63,201 nt of DNA from NCBI GenBank assembly GCA_018813815.1, contig JAHJAY010000026.1:1-63201 (forward strand), written 5' to 3'. Under the pieces are notes generated by a model. The model saw only the letters and a list, made by a program, of their open reading frames with translations, ran no database searches and was not told the DNA's origin. Positions 44,041 through 53,513 of this stretch are shown here, in pieces (the first letter of the stretch is position 1; every line of letters begins with the position of its first letter). The position numbers and the translations under genes were made by a program. This stretch comes from Patescibacteria group bacterium. Its GTDB lineage: Bacteria; Patescibacteriota; Microgenomatia; UBA1400; JAHJAY01.

Positions 44041-45724
44041 CTTTTGGCCGGCATTAATAATTTTATTATTTGTAACCCTGATTGCTGTTAAAGCTCTTTT
44101 TAAACCCGGTTTTTATACCAATCACGATGGCGAGCATCAAATAGTTAGGCTTCATCAGTTTCATAAATTATTAAATGAAGGTCAAATTCCCGTTCGTTGG
44201 GCTGGTGATTTGCGCAATGGCTATGGTTATCCGTTGTTTATTTTTTCCTATCGTTTACCTTGGTATTTAGGCGAGCCCTTATTGAGGCTCGGTTTTTCTT
44301 TAGTCAATACCATTAAAGCTTTATTTATAATTGCCATGCTGTTGTCTGCCGTATTTATGTTTTTATGGCAAAAAGAACTTTGGGGAGTGTGGGCTGGTTT
44401 GTTGGCTAGCGTGCTTTATATTTGGGCACCTTATCGTTTTTCAGTTAATTTAGTTAGGGCCGCTCTTGGAGAAGCGTTTGCGATCGCTTTTGCTCCTTTG
44501 TTGTTTTACAGTTTGCAACGATTGGCCAAAGCCAAAGATAGGCGCTTTATTTATATTGGCGCTTTAGCTTTTACCGGCATGTTGCTTTCTCATGCAATTA
44601 CCACTTGGCTTTATTTACCGGTTGTGGCCGGCTATACAGCATTGTTGTTAGTTAATTTAACCAAAAACCAACGGTTAATGTTAATTAAAAGAATTAGCGG
44701 TTTGTTAGCTTTAGGGTTGGGATTATCAGCTTTTTATTGGCTGCCGGCTGGTTACGGCCGACGTTTTATTCCGGCTCTAGGCGCCGAATTTTTTGTTGAT
44801 CATTTACTGATTTTAAAACAATTACTTTATTCGCCCTGGGGATATACTTTTTCCATGCCTGGGGTGGAGCAGGATGGAATGTCTTTTCAGGCGGGTATTG
44901 CCCAGTGGTTAGCAGTAGCAGCGGTTTTAGTTAGCGCTGTTTATTTTTGGCTGGTCAAGAAATCAAGCAGAAAACCGGATCAGGCAGACAATCGCTTAGT
45001 CGCATTTTTCCTGCTGACTTTTGGGTTTTCCATTTTTCTGATGGTTGAACCCTCAAGGGTTGTTTGGAAAATGTTTAGTCAAGTTGTGCTGATTGACTAT
45101 CCTTGGCGTTTGATTTCAATTAGTGTGTTGGCGGCCAGTAGCTTAGCCGGAGCTGTTTTTAAATCTTGGGAAAAATTCCGGTGGCCTTTGGCTTGGAGTT
45201 TTTTTGCCGGTTTATTATTAGTAGCTTTTTATACTAACCGCAATCACCTTAAAGTTAATCAATACACTTTTTTTCCGGAAAGTTTTTATACAGAGAATGT
45301 TGGTACCAGCAATTCTTATGATGAGTATACGCCCTATTGGGGCAGGGGTGATTATTTAAAAACCAGGCGGGATATTTTGGAGTTTGCGCTTAAACCGGGG
45401 GCGCCTCAGGGTCAAGGCAGAATATTAAACATTGACCGTCCCAACAGCACTCAAATAGAAGTTGACTTTGAAGTTACCAGTCCTCAGGCTTTAATGCGTT
45501 TAAACAGCCTGTATTATCCTGGCTGGCAATTATTTTTAGATGATCAAGTGGTAAAATTTGACTATCAATCAAGCCAGGGGGTAATGGATTTTATCAGCCC
45601 TGAGGGAAAACATCATTTGCAGGCGGTTTTTAAAGAAACGCCGCTCAGGTTGACAGCTGACTGGCTTTCAGTTTTAAGCTTATTAATATTAGTAATTGGG
45701 TTATGGAAACAGAAGTATGCCTAA
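44021..45724 (+). CDS. GT-C candidate, PTPS_related/YfhO-like membrane protein (series B, copy 4)
   Basis: NHDGEHQIVRL, GQIPVRW, GYGYPLFIFSY, RAALGEAFAIAFAP, C-terminal LYYPGWQLFLDDQ. ATG 44021 preferred over the track start 43985. Confidence 0.7.
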   Translation: MKKKNRNFWPALIILLFVTLIAVKALFKPGFYTNHDGEHQIVRLHQFHKLLNEGQIPVRWAGDLRNGYGYPLFIFSYRLPWYLGEPLLRLGFSLVNTIKALFIIAMLLSAVFMFLWQKELWGVWAGLLASVLYIWAPYRFSVNLVRAALGEAFAIAFAPLLFYSLQRLAKAKDRRFIYIGALAFTGMLLSHAITTWLYLPVVAGYTALLLVNLTKNQRLMLIKRISGLLALGLGLSAFYWLPAGYGRRFIPALGAEFFVDHLLILKQLLYSPWGYTFSMPGVEQDGMSFQAGIAQWLAVAAVLVSAVYFWLVKKSSRKPDQADNRLVAFFLLTFGFSIFLMVEPSRVVWKMFSQVVLIDYPWRLISISVLAASSLAGAVFKSWEKFRWPLAWSFFAGLLLVAFYTNRNHLKVNQYTFFPESFYTENVGTSNSYDEYTPYWGRGDYLKTRRDILEFALKPGAPQGQGRILNIDRPNSTQIEVDFEVTSPQALMRLNSLYYPGWQLFLDDQVVKFDYQSSQGVMDFISPEGKHHLQAVFKETPLRLTADWLSVLSLLILVIGLWKQKYA

Positions 45725-46499
45725 AATCACGCCAAAAGCTACGCATTTAGGCGGATCGGCCCTTGGCCGAAAAGTAATCGTGGTTATGCCCGCCTTAAAC
45801 GCGGCTAAAACAGTGGCTAAAACAGTGGCTGATATTCCTCAAGGAGTGGTGGATAAAATTATTTTAGTTGATGATGGTTCAACTGATAAAACCGTGTCTA
45901 TTGCCAAAAAGCTTGGTCTTAAGGTTTTTGCTCATTCTAAAAATTTGGGCTATGGCGCCAATCAAAAGACTTGTTATTGGGAAGCTTTAAAAGACAAGCC
46001 GGACGTGGTAGTTATGCTGCATCCTGACTACCAATATGATTCTGCCCGGATTATGGATTTGATCCAGCCAATTTTAACCGGCCGCTATGATGTGATGTTT
46101 GGCAGTCGGATTCGCACCAGGCAGGAGGCGCTGGCTGGCGGCATGCCGGCAGTGAAATATTATCTTAACCGGATTGTAGGCATAATTGAAAATATGGTAT
46201 TAGGTGTTAATTTTTCCGAACATTTTTCCGGTTTTCGAGCCTACTCCCGTCAAGTCTTAAATAAATTGTCTTTTCAGCGGATGGCTGATGATTTTGTTTT
46301 TGATCAGGAAATGATGATTGCCGCCATTGCGGCCGGTTTTTCAGTTGGAGAAACTCCGATCGCAGTCAGATATTATCAGGATTCATCATCAATTGGCCTT
46401 AGAAAAGGAGTAAAATTCTTATTACAGACTTTTGCTGTTTTAGTTAAATATTGGCTGCACAAAAATAAACTTTATCATGCCGGGATATTTCGATCATGA
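45717..46499 (+). CDS. GT2, polyprenyl-phosphate glycosyltransferase (Dpm1/ArnC/GtrB)-like
   Basis: VIVVMPALN, IILVDDGSTDKT, HPDYQYD, FSGFRAY. The start is uncertain: ATG 45717, or GTG/ATG near 45779-45785 closer to the conserved GT2 N-terminus. Confidence 0.78.
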   Translation: MPKITPKATHLGGSALGRKVIVVMPALNAAKTVAKTVADIPQGVVDKIILVDDGSTDKTVSIAKKLGLKVFAHSKNLGYGANQKTCYWEALKDKPDVVVMLHPDYQYDSARIMDLIQPILTGRYDVMFGSRIRTRQEALAGGMPAVKYYLNRIVGIIENMVLGVNFSEHFSGFRAYSRQVLNKLSFQRMADDFVFDQEMMIAAIAAGFSVGETPIAVRYYQDSSSIGLRKGVKFLLQTFAVLVKYWLHKNKLYHAGIFRS

Positions 46500-48628
46500 A
46501 AAATAAACTTTCGGTTGTTTTAGCCACCTACAATGAAGCTAAAAACATTACTGCTTGTTTAAAATCAGTCGTTCAACTGGCAGATGAAATTATTGTAGTT
46601 GATGGTAGTTCAACTGATAAAACCCGGGAGCTGGCTAAAAAAAGTGGCGCCAAAGTTTTTAAAACCACCAATAAACCGATTTTTCATATTAATAAGCAAC
46701 TGGCGATTGATAAAGCCGGGGGTGATTGGATTTTACAATTAGACGCAGATGAACGGATTACGCCGGAGCTGGCTCAGGAGATTAAAATAACTATTGAACA
46801 ACCGGGTAAAACAGTTGCTTTTTATTTAAAACGTAAAAATCTGTTTTTAGGCAAATTTTTAACTAAGGGCGGCCAATATCCTGATCCGGTAATTCGTTTG
46901 TTTAAAAAGGGCCGGGCTTATTTACCTTGTAAGAGTGTTCATGAACAAATGGAAGTTAAAGGTAAAATTAGCACTTTGGATCAACCCATGCTGCATTTAA
47001 CCAATCCGACTTTAAAAGATTATTTTGTCCGCTTTGGCCGCTATACTGATTTGGAAGCAGATAAAATAAAACAGGGTGAATTAACCGCCGGCTTTTTCAG
47101 TTATTTACTCTTTAAACCGTTGGTTTGGTTTGGATTAACTTTTATCCGCCACAAGGGCTTTGTTGATGGTTGGCGCGGTTTTTTATTTTCTCTGTTTTCA
47201 AGCCTGCGTTTTCCAACAGCTTATTTGAAAGCGAAGAAATCACGCACCTCGGGAGTGTGTTATATCTTTATTGTCCTTTACACTTTAGCGGCAATATCGG
47301 TCTCTTTAAACCGTTTTTGGCAGTATGATGTTTTTTATTATGATTTTGGTATTTTTGATCAAGCTATTTGGCAAGTATCTCGCTTTCAATGGCCAATAAT
47401 AGATCATATTAAAAGCGGCCAAACAATTATGTTTGCTGATCATTTTTCTCCAAGCATTTTTTTACTATCTTTACTTTATTGGCTAACAGATAAACAAGAA
47501 GTTATTTTAGTTGCTCAATCAATTATTGTCGGTCTAAGTTTAGTGGTCGCCTTTAAATTAGCCAGGCAGCTGTTAAAAAATCAATTGGCAGCTTTTTCTC
47601 TTGTGGTGGCTTTTGCCGGTTATGTTGGCTTGCAAAATGCAATTATTTTTGATTTTCATCCGCAAACTTTAACTGTTTTACCGATAATGTTAATTTTTTG
47701 GGCGGCGATTAACCAAAAATGGCGGCTTTATTGGCTGAGTAGTTTTTTATTATTAGGTTTAAAAGAAAGTTTTGGTTTGACTTTAGCCGGTTTAGGAATT
47801 TGGTTGTTTTTTTACCCCAATGTTAAGCAAAATAAAAAGCGGGGTTTAATGACAATATTTTTGGGACTGGCCTGGGTAGGTTTAATGACTAAAGTATTGA
47901 TTCCTTACTTTAATCACGGCGCGTATAACTACCAGCCAATAATTCCTGACTCTTTAAAAACGGCCCTGATTTCATTCGTTATGCCTGATCTTAAGCTCAA
48001 GGCAATTATTTTTAGTTTATTAACTTTTGGTTGTTTGCCATTATTCTATCTGCCTCTTTGGCCGGCGATTTTGCAAAATTGGATTCAGCGTTTTGTTTTA
48101 AATGATGCCCAGACTCGCTGGAATCTTGGACTTCATTATAATGCTTCTTTAACCCCGATATTTTTCATGGCCGCTTTGTTGATGTTTAGGTTTATCAGCA
48201 AGAAAAAGAAGAAGTTGATTACCCCGCTGGCAGTTTTTATAATTTTAACTGTTTTAATTCTCCATCGTTTTATTCTTCATGGTCCATTGGGGTTGGTCTA
48301 TCATCCTGAATTTTATCGGCACACTCAGCGCCAGGATTTTATGAATGATTTTATTAAACAAATTCCTTCATGCCGGTTGTTAATGACTCAAAACAATATT
48401 GCGCCGCGTTTTACTCATCAACCGTTAATTTTATTAAAAACTAATTATCAGCAATTTGAACCAGACTGTATTGTAATTGATATGCGAGCCGGACAAAATC
48501 CCAATAACTTTTTTCCTATGAATCAGGATGGAGTTGGCCGTTTACTTAGCGATTTACAAGAAGAAGGGGCTTATAAAAAAATTAATCAAGAAGAGAATCG
48601 GTTTATATTTGTAAAAAAACAACCATGA
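46496..48628 (+). CDS. fusion protein: N-terminal GT2 + C-terminal DUF2079-like polytopic membrane domain
   Basis: N-terminus: LSVVLATYNEAKNI, IIVVDGSSTDKT, LDADERIT (paralog of 23056/27190). From about aa 255: multi-TM domain with YDFGIFDQAIWQ. ATGA overlap. Confidence 0.75.
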   Translation: MKNKLSVVLATYNEAKNITACLKSVVQLADEIIVVDGSSTDKTRELAKKSGAKVFKTTNKPIFHINKQLAIDKAGGDWILQLDADERITPELAQEIKITIEQPGKTVAFYLKRKNLFLGKFLTKGGQYPDPVIRLFKKGRAYLPCKSVHEQMEVKGKISTLDQPMLHLTNPTLKDYFVRFGRYTDLEADKIKQGELTAGFFSYLLFKPLVWFGLTFIRHKGFVDGWRGFLFSLFSSLRFPTAYLKAKKSRTSGVCYIFIVLYTLAAISVSLNRFWQYDVFYYDFGIFDQAIWQVSRFQWPIIDHIKSGQTIMFADHFSPSIFLLSLLYWLTDKQEVILVAQSIIVGLSLVVAFKLARQLLKNQLAAFSLVVAFAGYVGLQNAIIFDFHPQTLTVLPIMLIFWAAINQKWRLYWLSSFLLLGLKESFGLTLAGLGIWLFFYPNVKQNKKRGLMTIFLGLAWVGLMTKVLIPYFNHGAYNYQPIIPDSLKTALISFVMPDLKLKAIIFSLLTFGCLPLFYLPLWPAILQNWIQRFVLNDAQTRWNLGLHYNASLTPIFFMAALLMFRFISKKKKKLITPLAVFIILTVLILHRFILHGPLGLVYHPEFYRHTQRQDFMNDFIKQIPSCRLLMTQNNIAPRFTHQPLILLKTNYQQFEPDCIVIDMRAGQNPNNFFPMNQDGVGRLLSDLQEEGAYKKINQEENRFIFVKKQP

Positions 48629-49686
48629 TTAAAGTTGCCTTTGACACTCGGCCATTAGCTAACCCGGAAAAGTATCGCGGTGTTGGTGCCTATACACAAA
48701 ATTTATTAATTGGAATTAAGGATTATGGGTCAGGGGTCAGGATTTTTGAATTTAACCATGAAAGAGAAATTCCTCCGGATACTGATTTAGTGCACTATCC
48801 TTATTTCAACCCTTTCTTTTTAAGCCTGCCATTAATAAAAAAATTTCCCACCATAGTTACAGTTCATGATTTAATTCCGATTGTGTTTCCTCACCATTTT
48901 CCTAAAGGGATCAAAGGGACCATAAAATGGCAGCTGCAAAAACTGGCTTTAAAAGGTGCCGTTCATATTATTACTGATTCCCAAAGCAGCCAGAAAGATG
49001 TCGTTAGGCTGATTGGTATAAAAAAGTCTCAGACGAGCGCAGTTTATTTAGCTCCGGCGATTACATTTAAACCAGCAGTCTTACAAGCACGGCAACGTAT
49101 TAAAAAAAATCTTAATTTACCCGACAAATTTATTTTATATGTAGGTGATTTTAATTGGAATAAAAATGTTCCGGGTTTAACCCAAGCCTGTCTGGATCTT
49201 AATATGCCGCTTTTAGTGGTTGGCGCTAAAGCGGCGGCTAAAGATTTTGATTACCATCATCCTGAAAACCGGGCTTTAGTTAAATTCCGTCAGTTTATCC
49301 AAGGCAGTCAAGGAGAGTTGATTTTTACTCCCGGCTATATTTCTACTGATGATTTGCGGGCAGTTTACAGTTTAGCTGATTTTTATTGTCAGGCTTCTTT
49401 TTATGAAGGTTTTGGCTTGCCGGTTTTGGAAGCCATGGCCTGCGGTTGTCCGGTAGTTTGTTCCCAAGGCGGAAGCTTGGCAGAAGTGGCTGGCCAGGCG
49501 GCAGTTTTTATTAAGGACCCAACCTCAGTTGAATCCATTAAAAAGGCGCTTAAAACCGCTTTGGCTTTTAATAAACAGGAACGACAAGCATTGATTGCTA
49601 AAGGTTTTGAGCAAGTAAAAAAGTTTTCCTGGCGGACAACAACCCGGGAAACAATCAAAATTTATGAAAAAATTGCAGGATCTTAA
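48625..49686 (+). CDS. GT4 (GT-B fold) glycosyltransferase
   Basis: YEGFGLPVLEAMACGCPVV. ATGA overlap. Confidence 0.85.
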   Translation: MIKVAFDTRPLANPEKYRGVGAYTQNLLIGIKDYGSGVRIFEFNHEREIPPDTDLVHYPYFNPFFLSLPLIKKFPTIVTVHDLIPIVFPHHFPKGIKGTIKWQLQKLALKGAVHIITDSQSSQKDVVRLIGIKKSQTSAVYLAPAITFKPAVLQARQRIKKNLNLPDKFILYVGDFNWNKNVPGLTQACLDLNMPLLVVGAKAAAKDFDYHHPENRALVKFRQFIQGSQGELIFTPGYISTDDLRAVYSLADFYCQASFYEGFGLPVLEAMACGCPVVCSQGGSLAEVAGQAAVFIKDPTSVESIKKALKTALAFNKQERQALIAKGFEQVKKFSWRTTTRETIKIYEKIAGS

Positions 49687-50845
49687 ATTTAACGAACATC
49701 AGCTGATTAAAAATCTGGTGACTTTAATGGTTAGCTGGCGTTTGCTGTTGTTTATTTTTCAAGTAACAGCCATGGGCGTGCTGGCTTTTAAAAGAAGTTT
49801 TCCCTATGTCAAGGAATTATTAAAGCCTTTTGGCCAGGCGATTTTCTGGCAATGGGCTAATTTTGACGGAGTTCATTATTTAACTATTGTTCAACAAGGC
49901 TATCTGAACACTGGTTTTATTCAAGCCTTTTTTCCGCTCTATCCTTTAGGCGTGCGTTATTTGACGGCGATTTGGCAGAACTATCTTGTTAGCGGCTTAC
50001 TCCTGTCTCATCTTTGTTTTTTAGCCGCGTTGGCGGTTTTTTACAAACTGCTTCGTTTGGATTACTCTGCTAACACGAGCTTCAAAAGCCTGGTTTTTTT
50101 GATTTGTTTTCCGACTTCATTTTATTTTGCCGCTTTTTACAGCGAGTCACTATTTTTACTGTTAGTTTTACTCTCGTTTTGGCTGATGCGGCAAAAGCGC
50201 TGGCTGGTTTCAGCCATTTGTATCAGCCTCGCTTCAGCCACGCGTTTAGTGGGTTTGTTTTTAATTCCGGCTTTGATTTGGGAGTTTTGGCAGGTTAATA
50301 AGCTTCACAATCCCGGATCGAAACTTAAATCTTTAAAAATGATGTTAGCATTTTTAATTGCCCCAACCGGCTGGTTGGCCTATTCACTTTATCTTAAACA
50401 GCATTTTGGCGATTTTTTCCTTTACGCCCATGTTCAAGGTGCTTATGGCGCTCAGCGAACCAGTGGTAAGATCATACTGTTATATCAGGTGTTTTGGCGT
50501 TATCTAAAAATGCTGCTTACGGTGCAAAAAAATTCCTGGGTTTATTATACGGTTGTGCTTGAATTTTTAGCCGGCGCCGGTTTTTTACTGCTTCTGCTTT
50601 TAGCTTTTAACAAAAAACTCAGAATTCGCTGGTCATATTTGTTTTATGCCCTGCCTGCTTATTTGTTGCCGACTTTAACCGGCACTTTTTCTTCAATGCC
50701 CCGTTATGTTTTAACTTTGTTTCCTGCCTTTATTGTTTTAGGCAGTATCAAGAACAGTCGGGTATTAACCTTGCTGTTGTTTTTCTTTTTAGCCTTACTT
50801 TGGTTATCTACGGCTTTATTCACTCAGGGTTATTGGATTGGTTAG
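49664..50845 (+). CDS. polytopic membrane protein, PIG-V/GT76-like mannosyltransferase candidate
   Basis: WANFDGVHYLTIVQQGY...AFFPLYPL motif block. About 9-10 TM. Confidence 0.6.
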   Translation: MKKLQDLKFNEHQLIKNLVTLMVSWRLLLFIFQVTAMGVLAFKRSFPYVKELLKPFGQAIFWQWANFDGVHYLTIVQQGYLNTGFIQAFFPLYPLGVRYLTAIWQNYLVSGLLLSHLCFLAALAVFYKLLRLDYSANTSFKSLVFLICFPTSFYFAAFYSESLFLLLVLLSFWLMRQKRWLVSAICISLASATRLVGLFLIPALIWEFWQVNKLHNPGSKLKSLKMMLAFLIAPTGWLAYSLYLKQHFGDFFLYAHVQGAYGAQRTSGKIILLYQVFWRYLKMLLTVQKNSWVYYTVVLEFLAGAGFLLLLLLAFNKKLRIRWSYLFYALPAYLLPTLTGTFSSMPRYVLTLFPAFIVLGSIKNSRVLTLLLFFFLALLWLSTALFTQGYWIG

Positions 50846-50870
50846 TTGTTCTGACTTTTAGCGAATTCAG

Positions 50871-50879
50871 TGTTAAAAT
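50871..50879 (+). promoter_or_regulatory. extended -10 (TGtTAAAAT) 6 nt upstream of ATG 50886
   Basis: tgttaaaat, then aaattt, then ATG. No SD. Confidence 0.4.
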
Positions 50880-50885
50880 AAATTT

Positions 50886-51818
50886 ATGAAAATTCTGGTT
50901 ACGGGCGGCGCCGGTTTTATCGGTTCCCAGGTAGTTGATGCTTTTATTGAATCCGGGCACGAAGTGATAGTTTTTGACGATCTTTCCACTGGCAGTAAAG
51001 ATAACCTTAATCCCCGGGCTAAGTTTTATGAGGTTGATATTACTAGTCCTGAAGCAGTTGAGCTGGTTCAGAAAGAGCAGCCGGCTGTTCTTAATCATCA
51101 TGCCGCTCAAATGGATGTCCGCCGTTCAGTAGCTGATCCGGCTTTTGATGCTCACACCAACACCTTAGGATTGATTAATTTGATGGAGGCATTTAAAAAA
51201 ACCGGTTCAGCCAAAAAAGTTATTTTTGCTTCAACCGGCGGGGCGGTTTATGGTGAAGCTAAAACCATTCCCACTCCCGAAGACTATCCGGCTCAACCGC
51301 TATCTCCTTATGGCATTTCCAAATTAACCAGCGAACATTATTTATATTATTATCACCAGGTGTTTAATATTCCTTTTGTTTGCCTGCGTTATGCTAATGT
51401 TTATGGTCCGCGCCAAAATCCTCATGGTGAAGCTGGAGTAGTGGCAATTTTTTGCCAAAAAATGCTTAAGCAAAAACAAACAGTCATTAATGGTAGCGGT
51501 GAACAAACCCGGGATTTTATTTATGTGGCTGATATAGTAAAAGCTAATCTAGTGGCTTTGAACAAGAATAACAGCGGGATCTTTAATATCGGTACCGCTA
51601 AAGAGACGAGTATTAACACTATTTTTAGAGTTCTTAATAATTTGACTGGTTCAAAGACTCCGGAAAACCATGGGCCAGCCAAGGACGGTGAACAGCAGCG
51701 CAGCTGTTTAGACTGGCAAAAAGCCAAACAAGAACTTAATTGGCAGCCGGAAGTAGAATTGGCAGCTGGACTGGCTAAAACTGCGGAATTTTTTAAATCG
51801 AAGATTAAACCCGCCTAA
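50886..51818 (+). CDS. NAD-dependent sugar epimerase (UDP-glucose 4-epimerase/GalE-like SDR)
   Basis: MKILVTGGAGFIGSQVVD, ASTGGAVYGE, YGISKLTSE, GSGEQTRDFIYVADI. Confidence 0.8.
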   Translation: MKILVTGGAGFIGSQVVDAFIESGHEVIVFDDLSTGSKDNLNPRAKFYEVDITSPEAVELVQKEQPAVLNHHAAQMDVRRSVADPAFDAHTNTLGLINLMEAFKKTGSAKKVIFASTGGAVYGEAKTIPTPEDYPAQPLSPYGISKLTSEHYLYYYHQVFNIPFVCLRYANVYGPRQNPHGEAGVVAIFCQKMLKQKQTVINGSGEQTRDFIYVADIVKANLVALNKNNSGIFNIGTAKETSINTIFRVLNNLTGSKTPENHGPAKDGEQQRSCLDWQKAKQELNWQPEVELAAGLAKTAEFFKSKIKPA

Positions 51819-52792
51819 ATGTTTTGCTTTTGGCGGGCTACCCAGGCAATGGTTTTTTTCAACCCTTCCTCGAGTGAGATCGTTGGCTGCCAGGCTAAGA
51901 GTTTTTTTGCCCGGCCAATATCCGGTTGACGACGCTGAGGATCATCTTTAACTGCCGGCTGATAAACAATTTTTGACTTTGATTTGGTTGCTGTGATAAT
52001 TGTTTTTGCCAACTGATTAATATTGATTTCGTCCGGATTACCGAGATTGACCACTTTTCCGGCCGCTAATTTTTCCATGGCCGCTATCAGGCCTTTGACC
52101 AGATCATCAACGTAGCAAAAGCTTCGAGTTTGTCGGCCGTTACCAAAAATAGTTAAGTCTTTATTTTTTAAAGCTTGGTCAATGAATAAAATTACCGCCC
52201 GGCCATCGGCAACATTCATGCGCGGACCATAAGTATTAAAAATCCGAACCACCCGGCCATCAACTTTTTCTTTTTTTGTCCAAACCATGGTGGCCATTTC
52301 TCCAAAACGTTTGGACTCGTCATAGCAGGCCCGTGGGCCGATGGGATTAACATGGCCCCAATAAGATTCTTTTTGGGGATGCTCTTTCGGATCGCCATAA
52401 GCTTCAGAAGTGGAGGCGAACAAAAACTTGGCTTGAGTTTTTTTAGCCAGCTTTAACAACTGATGAGTGCCGACTGAATTAACCAAATAAGTTTCAATCG
52501 GACAGTTGATATAGCTTTTCGGTGCAGTCGGATGGGGTCCGGCCGGGCTGGCCAAATGATAAATCTGCTGCCACTTTTCCTCTAAGATTTTAGCCGGCAG
52601 CGGTTGGGAAGCATCATGTTTGATCAACTGAAAACCGGTTTTAGCCGCTAAATGGCCAATGTTTTCCCTTTTGCCGGTAAAAAAATTATCCAGGCAGGTT
52701 ACCTGATACTTTTTATCCAAAAGCGCCTCGCAAAGATGCGAGCCAATAAAACCGGCCCCGCCGGTAACCAGAACTTTATTTTTCATTAGCAA
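51815..52792 (-). CDS. uxs: UDP-glucuronate decarboxylase (UDP-xylose synthase-type SDR)
   Basis: VLVTGGAGFIGSHLCEAL, LDNFFTGKRENI, ASTSEAYGDP, HPQKESYWGHVNPIGPRACYDESKRFGE, RIFNTYGPRM. Confidence 0.87.
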   Translation of the reverse strand: MLMKNKVLVTGGAGFIGSHLCEALLDKKYQVTCLDNFFTGKRENIGHLAAKTGFQLIKHDASQPLPAKILEEKWQQIYHLASPAGPHPTAPKSYINCPIETYLVNSVGTHQLLKLAKKTQAKFLFASTSEAYGDPKEHPQKESYWGHVNPIGPRACYDESKRFGEMATMVWTKKEKVDGRVVRIFNTYGPRMNVADGRAVILFIDQALKNKDLTIFGNGRQTRSFCYVDDLVKGLIAAMEKLAAGKVVNLGNPDEININQLAKTIITATKSKSKIVYQPAVKDDPQRRQPDIGRAKKLLAWQPTISLEEGLKKTIAWVARQKQNI

Positions 52793-53513
52793 CCCTTTTT
52801 ATAAATTTTCTAACAACTTTTTCCGGTTGTCCATCAGCTATTATTTTGCCTGCTTCCAGTAAAATTACCCGGCTGCAAAAATTGACTACTGTCTCCATGC
52901 TGTGACTGATAAATATAATGGTCGTGTGCTGTTTTTTAAACTGGTTCATTTTTTTAAAACATTTTTCTTTAAAGCTGATATCACCAACAGCCAGGATTTC
53001 GTCAACTAAAAGAATTTCCGGCCGGACATTAACGGCGATGGAAAAACCAAGACGCATATACATGCCGGACGAATAAAATTTAACCGGAGTGTTAATAAAC
53101 TCACCAATTTCGGCAAAGCTCACAATTTGTTTAAAGTTTTGGTCAATAGCTTTTTTAGCAATTCCCAAAATTGAGGCATTAAGATAAATATTTTCCCGGC
53201 CGGTTAACTCAGGATGAAAACCGGCGCCCAGTTCAATTAAGGGTGAAATCCGGCCCTTAACCATAATTTTTCCCATTGTCGGTTGGGTAATGCCGGCCAT
53301 CAGTTTAAGCAGGGTTGTTTTGCCTGAGCCGTTCAAACCAATAATTCCCAGGGTTTCGCCCCGGGCTATTTTCAAATCAATGTCTTTAAGCGCCCAAACA
53401 AACCGGCCGCCGCTTTTGCCTTTAAACAAAGCGGGCAGCAATTCCTTAAAAGTTTTTTGGTTTTGCTTAAAATAGCGCTTGCTTAATTGGTTAAACTCAA
53501 TAACGTTGTTCAT
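52776..53513 (-). CDS. polysaccharide/teichoic-acid-type ABC exporter ATP-binding protein (Wzt/TagH-like, short form)
   Basis: Walker A GLNGSGKTTLLK, signature FYSSGMYMRLGFSIA, Walker B ILLVDE. No C-terminal carbohydrate-binding extension. Confidence 0.9.
   Translation of the reverse strand: MNNVIEFNQLSKRYFKQNQKTFKELLPALFKGKSGGRFVWALKDIDLKIARGETLGIIGLNGSGKTTLLKLMAGITQPTMGKIMVKGRISPLIELGAGFHPELTGRENIYLNASILGIAKKAIDQNFKQIVSFAEIGEFINTPVKFYSSGMYMRLGFSIAVNVRPEILLVDEILAVGDISFKEKCFKKMNQFKKQHTTIIFISHSMETVVNFCSRVILLEAGKIIADGQPEKVVRKFIKRVANEK

Noticed and set aside
51810-51837. CCCGCC...GGCGGG inverted repeat as a bidirectional intrinsic terminator between the epimerase and uxs genes.
   Set aside because: The stem is only 6 bp with a 16-nt loop. 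It lies within the uxs coding region and is not followed by a clear T-tract on either strand.
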